Assembly: GCA_963675755.2 (NCBI GenBank)
Contig: CAXXMD010000001.1
Location: 256,001 to 320,000, forward strand
Origin: a bacterium
GTDB taxonomy: Bacteria > Zhuqueibacterota > Zhuqueibacteria > Residuimicrobiales > Krinioviventaceae
Direction: 5' to 3'
DNA length: 64,000 bases
Shown here: piece by piece, positions 57,822 through 64,000 of the stretch
Position numbering within the stretch: the stretch's first letter is position 1
Layout: the number at the start of each line of letters is the position of its first letter
Translations under genes and position numbers: made by a program
Notes under the pieces: generated by a model
What the model was told of the DNA's origin: nothing
What the model saw: the letters and a program-made list of their open reading frames with translations, nothing else
Database searches by the model: none

Positions 57822-59396
57822 ATGCGTATGTTTAAGATAATTCGAAAAATTGTATTACTGCTATTGTTTGTCGGATGTTTCAGTTTTGTTTTTCCTGATC
57901 AATATAATATATTGGATTATGGTGCAGTTGGAGATTCTCAATTCCTGAATACCAGTGCAATCCAGACTGCAATTGATGCGTGTACAAAAGCCGGAGGTGG
58001 GACTGTATTTGTACCGGCAGGTATCTGGTTAACCGGAACGCTAATACTAAAGGATAATGTTTCCCTTTATCTGGAATCCGGTGCAACACTTTTTGGCAGT
58101 CCCTATTTACGGGATTATTCCCTCACTATACCGGCAATACGTTCGTACACCGATAATTATACAAACAAGAGTCTGATTTACGCAGAGAATGCAGAAAATG
58201 TCTCCATATTGGGACAAGGTGCTATCAATGGTCAGGGTGAGTTGTTTACCGGGGATTATAAAACACGCCCCTATCTCATCCGCATGATTGGCTGCTCGAA
58301 TGTTACGGTGAAAAATATTTCATTGCTTCATTCACCCATGTGGGTACAGCATTATCTTGAATGTGATCATGTTTTGATTGACGGGATAACCGTACGCAGC
58401 TTGAAAGAACAGAATAATGATGGTATTGATATTGATAGCTGCCATTTTGTACGCATTGCCAATTGCGACATTGATTGTGGCGATGATGCAATTGTATTGA
58501 AAAGCACAACAAACCGTATTTGCAGGGATGTTGTGATTACAAACTGTATTTTAAAATCGCAGGCCAGTGCGTTAAAATGCGGGACCGAATCCAATGGCGG
58601 GTTTGTAAATATTACCATTGATAACTGTGTGGTGCGCGACACCCGTCGTTCAGGCATCGCCCTGGAGATGGTGGATGGTGGTATTATGGATCGTGTTACT
58701 GTTTCCAATATTATTATTGAGAATTCCGGCAGTGCGATATTTGTCCGCCTTGCCAATCGGGCACGCCCCATTAACGCGGAAAGAGGACGGTCCTATGGCG
58801 ATTTAAAAAGACCGGGTATGGGGACTATGCGAAACATTATGATCAGTAATGTACAGGCAACCGGTATTGACAGTATAGGGTCATCCATAACCGGACAGCC
58901 GGGGCATCCTATAGAAAATATTACGCTCGAGAATATTCGCATCCAATATAATGGCGGTGGTACACATGAACATGCCGCGAGAGAGGTTGAAGAACACCCG
59001 GAATCGTATCCCGAATATGATCGCCTGGGCGGTCCTTTGCCTGCATATGGATTTTATTGTCGTCATGTGAACAATTTGAGATTGGAAAATATAGAGGTTA
59101 CCTTTGCTCAGGACGATGAGCGTCCTGCTCTGTTTTGTGACGATGTAAAGCAATTAAAGATTTTAGATTATAATGCAAAATTGTTGCATAATGTTAATGC
59201 AATGATTTATTTGAAAAATGTTCAGGACGCATATGTTTCAAACTGCAGCTCCTTTACTCCGGTCCAACATTTGGTTTGGGCAAAGGGTGAACATACTCGT
59301 CAGATTGTTGTTGATGCAAAAGATCCCTGGAACGTCAATAAAATACTAGAACTGGATTCCAGTGTATCAAAAAAGGAAATAAAAATATACAAATGA
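57822..59396 (+). CDS. GH28 family (polygalacturonase-like) beta-helix glycoside hydrolase
   Basis: YNILDYGAVGD...T.AIQ.AIDAC...GGGTV.VPAG, NNDGIDID, GDDAIVLKS, ALKCGTES. Confidence 0.9.
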   Translation: MRMFKIIRKIVLLLLFVGCFSFVFPDQYNILDYGAVGDSQFLNTSAIQTAIDACTKAGGGTVFVPAGIWLTGTLILKDNVSLYLESGATLFGSPYLRDYSLTIPAIRSYTDNYTNKSLIYAENAENVSILGQGAINGQGELFTGDYKTRPYLIRMIGCSNVTVKNISLLHSPMWVQHYLECDHVLIDGITVRSLKEQNNDGIDIDSCHFVRIANCDIDCGDDAIVLKSTTNRICRDVVITNCILKSQASALKCGTESNGGFVNITIDNCVVRDTRRSGIALEMVDGGIMDRVTVSNIIIENSGSAIFVRLANRARPINAERGRSYGDLKRPGMGTMRNIMISNVQATGIDSIGSSITGQPGHPIENITLENIRIQYNGGGTHEHAAREVEEHPESYPEYDRLGGPLPAYGFYCRHVNNLRLENIEVTFAQDDERPALFCDDVKQLKILDYNAKLLHNVNAMIYLKNVQDAYVSNCSSFTPVQHLVWAKGEHTRQIVVDAKDPWNVNKILELDSSVSKKEIKIYK

Positions 59397-59432
59397 TCAT
59401 AGAATTATGTTTTTATTGAGAAAGGCTGTACC

Positions 59433-62207
59433 ATGAAAAAGTTGCTCGTTATTTCCATTTTACTGTTTTGCGCAGAGGTGTTTGCTATGCCGGACATGAG
59501 CTATTTACCTGAATTAAACGGAACACATGATCTGAGTTTACCGGACTGGGGCCCCTATACCAAACGATATATTGGTGTATCTCATATTACAGATGTTGAC
59601 CAGGGAATCCGTTTTGATCTGAGTGTGTTCCCCGGATATTACCGACGCAAGGTATTTGTCCCAAACGTTTTTTACGAATCAGGATACCATCCCTGGGAAG
59701 CCTCTCCAAATTTTGAATATTTCAGTTTTCGTCATGAAATTGAATGGCAGGATAAAGTATATACAGATGTTTCTTATTCAGAGATTGACAAGAATTCCCG
59801 ACTGGTACGTGTGGAATGTGTAAATAATACGGATCTAAACCAGAATTTGGCTCTGCATTTTATGGCGTCTTTGCATTTTCCGCCTATCAAGGCATACAGT
59901 CCTTATACACCACTGTATATGGGATTGATTACTTTACCTGCAAAAGCAGTCTGGATTGACGCACTGGACTATCAGGATTTGACCTTTATCAATCCACGTC
60001 CTCAGGATAATCTGGTGTACGATGGTAAAATGCGAGCGGAAATCCGTGATGATGGATTTGTAAATGGATCAGGTATTGGCCTTGGCTTTGGCGCGGACAA
60101 GGGTGATAAAGTCAGCTATGTAATAAAGACTGATGTACCTGTTGATGATGCGGTACTGTATATACGTTATAATATGAGTGAAAATCACAGTGTAAATTTT
60201 AATGTAACAGGTATGGTAACTGCCAATTTAACTTTATCGGGTAATGGTGATTTTGCATACCAGACTATTGACCTCGGTAAAGTTTATCCCGGCTCACAGT
60301 TGCTGACTCTGGAATCTCAGGGCGGCAGTCCTGTAAAGCTGGACGGAATGACTGTGGTATCAAAACAGGATGTGAAATCAATCAATATTGTACAAAAAGA
60401 TTGGGATCCCGTCCCGGAAATACTTGACGGTCCGGTAACGAATTCTGTGATCCTGAAATACAAAGATATTGATCTTTATTATGGTATTTCATGGGATTTT
60501 GACATGTTTCAGATTCGTGAATGGTATATGCGCGACCTGGGTGATTATTTTAAACAAATGAGCAATGAACATGTAAAAACTGTCTTTAAAGGAGAAGGTA
60601 AAGGCCATTTTACCAATATTTTTTTCAGACCTGTGAATATTGAACCCCGATCCACCAAAATTATTAACGGAATGGTTTGTTGTGGAACCAAAGAAGAGGT
60701 TGAAAGCTATCTGAGTGACAACAGCAATACCACAGAAAAATATGATTCTATTTATAAAGATGCACGATCTCACCTGGTTAATCTGGATGCTACTCCTGAA
60801 GGAGAAAAATACAAGTTTAGTATAGAGCGCATGACCGCAACCACCACATGTAATGTGGTATATCCGGTATATACTCAGAAACAATATATCCGTCACAGTG
60901 CACCCGGTCGCTGGTGGGACTGTTTGTACACATGGGATTCCGGATTTATTGGCATTGGATTGCTGCAGCTTGATGAGCGTCGTGCTGTGGAAAATCTGAA
61001 TGCTTATGTGAATGAACCCGGAGCTCAGTCCGCATTCATCCATCATGGCACACCGGTTCCGGTTCAGCATTACCTATTTCTCGAGTTGTGGAACCAGCTC
61101 CAGTCTGCCAAGTATTTGGAATATTTTTATCCTCGTTTAAAACAATATCACGAATTTATGGCCGGACGTTTGGGCAGTTCTACAACCCGTGCTATGAAAT
61201 CCAATCTGTTAAAAACCTGGGACTATTTTTACAATTCAGGCGGCTGGGATGATTATCCTCCTCAGAAATATCTGCATGAACAACGCTGGGAAAGTAATGT
61301 TACTCCGGTTGTTACAACCGCGCATGTCATACGTACCGCTAAAATCCTGAAAATGGCTGCCGCGCAATTGGGTTTGACCCAGGACATCAAGGCTTACGAT
61401 AAAGATATTGAAATGTTTTCCAAGGCACTGCAAAAACATTCCTGGGATGAGGATTCCGGATATTTTGGGTACGTGGTGCACAATGAAAAGGGAAAGCCGG
61501 AACACATTATGAAATATGAAGACAAAGTAAATTATAATATGGGTCTCGGTGGAGCCTACCCCTTGTTTTCTGGTATTTGTAATGATGAACAGAAGCAGAT
61601 CTTGTTGGAAAAGTTGAAATCCGATAAACATATCTGGTCTCAGGTTGGATTGTCTGCTGTAGATCAATCCGCACCTTATTATCGCACAGATGGTTACTGG
61701 AATGGTACGGTTTGGCTGTCACATCAATGGTTTTTCTGGAAATCCATGCTGGATCTGGGTGAAGGAGAATTTGCATTCAAGATTGCAAAAACCGCACTCG
61801 AAACCTGGAAACGCGAAGTTGAAGCCTCATATACATGTGCTGAGCATTTCCTCATTGAAACCGGACGCGGAGCCGGGTGGCACGAGTTTGGCGGACTCTC
61901 TGCACCGGTACTGGACTGGTATACATCCTATTTTCGTCCCGGACATTTAACAACCGGCCTGGATGTCTGGACAACCAAAACGGTATTTGATCAGGATAAT
62001 ACTGAATTGAACACAGAGTTTGATATTTTTAGTGATGATAACAAGACCTGTTCAGTTGTGGTTTGTATGAATCCGGAATATTCATATAAAGCTGTTTGGA
62101 ATGGTGTTGAAGTTCCTGTTAACGAGTTTGCAAAAGGTACGTTGAGTATTGACCTGCCCATCGAAAAACTGGAACACGGTTCATTAAAGGTTACCAAGGC
62201 AAATTAA
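59433..62207 (+). CDS. Exported GH63/trehalase-like (alpha/alpha)6 glycoside hydrolase with internal CBM-like domain
   Basis: Signal peptide; LYTWDSGF, SGGWDDYP, YWNGTVW, C.EHF; internal jelly-roll-like segment. Confidence 0.75.
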   Translation: MKKLLVISILLFCAEVFAMPDMSYLPELNGTHDLSLPDWGPYTKRYIGVSHITDVDQGIRFDLSVFPGYYRRKVFVPNVFYESGYHPWEASPNFEYFSFRHEIEWQDKVYTDVSYSEIDKNSRLVRVECVNNTDLNQNLALHFMASLHFPPIKAYSPYTPLYMGLITLPAKAVWIDALDYQDLTFINPRPQDNLVYDGKMRAEIRDDGFVNGSGIGLGFGADKGDKVSYVIKTDVPVDDAVLYIRYNMSENHSVNFNVTGMVTANLTLSGNGDFAYQTIDLGKVYPGSQLLTLESQGGSPVKLDGMTVVSKQDVKSINIVQKDWDPVPEILDGPVTNSVILKYKDIDLYYGISWDFDMFQIREWYMRDLGDYFKQMSNEHVKTVFKGEGKGHFTNIFFRPVNIEPRSTKIINGMVCCGTKEEVESYLSDNSNTTEKYDSIYKDARSHLVNLDATPEGEKYKFSIERMTATTTCNVVYPVYTQKQYIRHSAPGRWWDCLYTWDSGFIGIGLLQLDERRAVENLNAYVNEPGAQSAFIHHGTPVPVQHYLFLELWNQLQSAKYLEYFYPRLKQYHEFMAGRLGSSTTRAMKSNLLKTWDYFYNSGGWDDYPPQKYLHEQRWESNVTPVVTTAHVIRTAKILKMAAAQLGLTQDIKAYDKDIEMFSKALQKHSWDEDSGYFGYVVHNEKGKPEHIMKYEDKVNYNMGLGGAYPLFSGICNDEQKQILLEKLKSDKHIWSQVGLSAVDQSAPYYRTDGYWNGTVWLSHQWFFWKSMLDLGEGEFAFKIAKTALETWKREVEASYTCAEHFLIETGRGAGWHEFGGLSAPVLDWYTSYFRPGHLTTGLDVWTTKTVFDQDNTELNTEFDIFSDDNKTCSVVVCMNPEYSYKAVWNGVEVPVNEFAKGTLSIDLPIEKLEHGSLKVTKAN

Positions 62208-62216
62208 GATATATTG

Positions 62217-62253
62217 AAAAGGATCGGTAGTGAAAAATACCGGTCTTTTTTTT
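62217..62253 (+). terminator. Intrinsic terminator
   Basis: AAAAGGATCGGTA/TACCGGTCTTTT stem plus T-run. Confidence 0.8.
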
Positions 62254-62318
62254 ATTTGCTATTCAGTATTTTTTTTAGTATGGTAAAAAATGAGTAAGGA
62301 AAGGGAAGAGAGGCGTTT

Positions 62319-63017
62319 ATGAAGAAATTAATTTTTGCAATGCTTGTAATGGTTTTATTGTTCCTGTCATCATGTTCACAACAACCAGAGTGGAAACCGT
62401 TATTTGATGGAAAAACATTCGATGGCTGGAGAGGACTGAATCGTACAGCTATACCGGATTCCGGATGGGTAATTGAAGACGGTATGATTAAATGTAACGG
62501 TGTACCCGGAAGTGGTGATATCATTACTGAAAAAGAATATGGACAATTTGAATTTAAATTCGAATGGAAAATGATCACCAAGGGCGGCAACAGTGGAATC
62601 AAATATTTTGTTGTTGAAGAGCTTAGCACAGGTCATGGCGGTATAGGACTGGAATTTCAACTTCTTGATGATTTAAACCATCCCATGATGCAGGAAGGTA
62701 CCATGAAGCCCAATGACTTTCATACTACCGGTGCATTGTATGAATTGTATGCCCCCAGTGAGGATAAGGTGTTGCATCACTATGGCGAATGGAACACTGG
62801 AAAAATCGTTTCAAAGGGGAATCATTTGGAGCACTGGTTGAATGGAAAACTGGTAATGGAGTGTGAACGCGGCAGCGATGATTTCCAGGCAAGAGTTGCA
62901 AAAAGTAAATTTAATAAATATCCGGATTATGCATTATCAGAAACCGGCCATATATTGATACAAAACCACAGCAGTCAAACGGTATTACGAAACCTCTACA
63001 TTCGCGAATTAAAGTAA
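62319..63017 (+). CDS. DUF1080 (3-keto-disaccharide hydrolase family) lipoprotein
   Basis: Lipobox LSSC; WKPLFDGKTFDGW, GGNSGIKY, EFQLLDD, GEWN, EHWLNG, GHILIQNH. Confidence 0.92.
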   Translation: MKKLIFAMLVMVLLFLSSCSQQPEWKPLFDGKTFDGWRGLNRTAIPDSGWVIEDGMIKCNGVPGSGDIITEKEYGQFEFKFEWKMITKGGNSGIKYFVVEELSTGHGGIGLEFQLLDDLNHPMMQEGTMKPNDFHTTGALYELYAPSEDKVLHHYGEWNTGKIVSKGNHLEHWLNGKLVMECERGSDDFQARVAKSKFNKYPDYALSETGHILIQNHSSQTVLRNLYIRELK

Positions 63018-63026
63018 GGAACTTTC

Positions 63027-64000
63027 ATGACTTCAAGAGAACGATTGCTAACGGCGCTGAATCATCAGGAACCTGACCGGGTACCAATTGACCTTGCCAG
63101 TGTGCAGGTAACCGGGATTTCTGCCATTGCCTATAACAGATTAAGAGAGTATTTGGGATTGGATGCTCGTGAACCTCAGATTTGTGATGCAATTCAACAA
63201 ATCTGCATCCCTCACGATGATATATATGATAAATATGGTATAGATACACGGGGCCTTTGGCCGTTAATGAACCATATGGATTTTACCGATACCGATGAGG
63301 GTGAATATCTTGCTCATATTGATGAATGGAGCTTTGCCTATCGTCGTAAAAAAGATGCTTTTTGGTATGATCTATACAAATCTCCCATGGAAAATGATAC
63401 GCTTTCAGCAGAATTGATTGATAAATTTTCTTTCCCAAAAGGTGATGAAAAACGACGCATAGAAGGGCTTAAAGCTCAGGCACAGGCATATCGGGATCAG
63501 GGATATGCAGTCGTTTTGAAAAGTATTTGTGCCGGATTGTTTGAAATGATGATACGGCTGCGGGGAATGCAGAATGCCATGATCGATCTCATGATGGACC
63601 CTGTAAACTCGGGGAAATTAATAGATCGTATTCTACAGCATAAAATAGAGTTTTTTGAGATGGCACTCGATGAACTGGGTGATCTGGTGGATATTGTTGC
63701 AGAAGGAGATGATTTTGGAACTCAGGCTTCACAATTGATTTCGCTGGATACCTGGCGTGATATTTTCAAACCTCGTCAGGTTGAACTGATTCAGACCATG
63801 CATAAAAAAGCGCCCAATGCCAAAGTGTTTTTTCATTCCTGCGGTAATATTCGTCCGTTTTTGCCCGAGTTTATCGAAATGGGAATCGATATCATCAATC
63901 CCGTGCACATAACCGCAGACGGTATGGAGCCTAAGCAGCTCAAAAAGGATTTCGGCAAGGATGTTGTGTTCTGGGGTGGAGGCGTAGATACCCAGGGCAC
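63027..64000 (+). CDS. UroD/MtaA family protein (3' truncated by window)
   Basis: MTSRERLLTALNHQEPDRVPIDL, LRGMQNAMIDL, GDDFGTQ...LIS, FFHSCG, NPVH, LKKDFG...FWGGGVDTQ; frame open to the window end. Confidence 0.88.
   Translation, partial: MTSRERLLTALNHQEPDRVPIDLASVQVTGISAIAYNRLREYLGLDAREPQICDAIQQICIPHDDIYDKYGIDTRGLWPLMNHMDFTDTDEGEYLAHIDEWSFAYRRKKDAFWYDLYKSPMENDTLSAELIDKFSFPKGDEKRRIEGLKAQAQAYRDQGYAVVLKSICAGLFEMMIRLRGMQNAMIDLMMDPVNSGKLIDRILQHKIEFFEMALDELGDLVDIVAEGDDFGTQASQLISLDTWRDIFKPRQVELIQTMHKKAPNAKVFFHSCGNIRPFLPEFIEMGIDIINPVHITADGMEPKQLKKDFGKDVVFWGGGVDTQG

Noticed and set aside
60489-61070. 193-aa minus-strand ORF and other short overlapping ORFs throughout the track
   Set aside because: They overlap strongly supported genes in other frames and have non-protein-like composition.
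1-64000. CRISPR arrays, tRNA/rRNA, IS elements, integrases, phage or defence genes
   Set aside because: No regularly spaced repeats, RNA gene signatures or relevant protein motifs were seen by eye; the RNase H is a housekeeping type with no adjacent reverse transcriptase.

Overview
Bacterial, AT-rich, gene-dense window with no rRNA, tRNA, CRISPR array or intact mobile element. The first 8.4 kb is housekeeping: RNase HI, long-form RmlA, carAB behind a possible attenuator, and a PAS hybrid kinase. Two tandem, divergent NPA-motif outer-membrane proteins follow. From about 11.6 kb to the end is a glycan-utilisation island of about 52 kb with no SusC/SusD pair. It holds four GH92s, a sulfatase-HEAT fusion, two CBM9-like/DUF5916 proteins, two exported phosphoesterases, GH28, a GH63-like enzyme, a GH145/PL42-like propeller, two Tat Gfo/Idh/MocA oxidoreductases, DUF1080, an MFS sugar symporter, an AGE epimerase and a ROK kinase. 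Three modules inside the island are not explained by ordinary glycan catabolism. (1) GmhA plus a RfaE-type kinase fused to a HAD phosphatase, with no nucleotidyltransferase, in an apparently catabolic operon; the hypothesis is manno-heptose/LPS-core scavenging. (2) A GntR-led corrinoid module (UroD/MtaA-thioredoxin fusion, COG0523 GTPase, B12-binding protein, plus a second UroD-family gene at the edge); the hypothesis is sugar O-demethylation. (3) A TonB receptor / CNVPVFRYALERW protein / MacB-type ABC / double PQQ-propeller-malectin module whose members share CxC motifs. Shine-Dalgarno use and TTG-n17-TAnnnT promoters alongside Bacteroidetes/Planctomycetes-like genes suggest an FCB-related lineage such as KSB1 or Calditrichota (inference only). 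All family calls come from motif recognition, not database searches.
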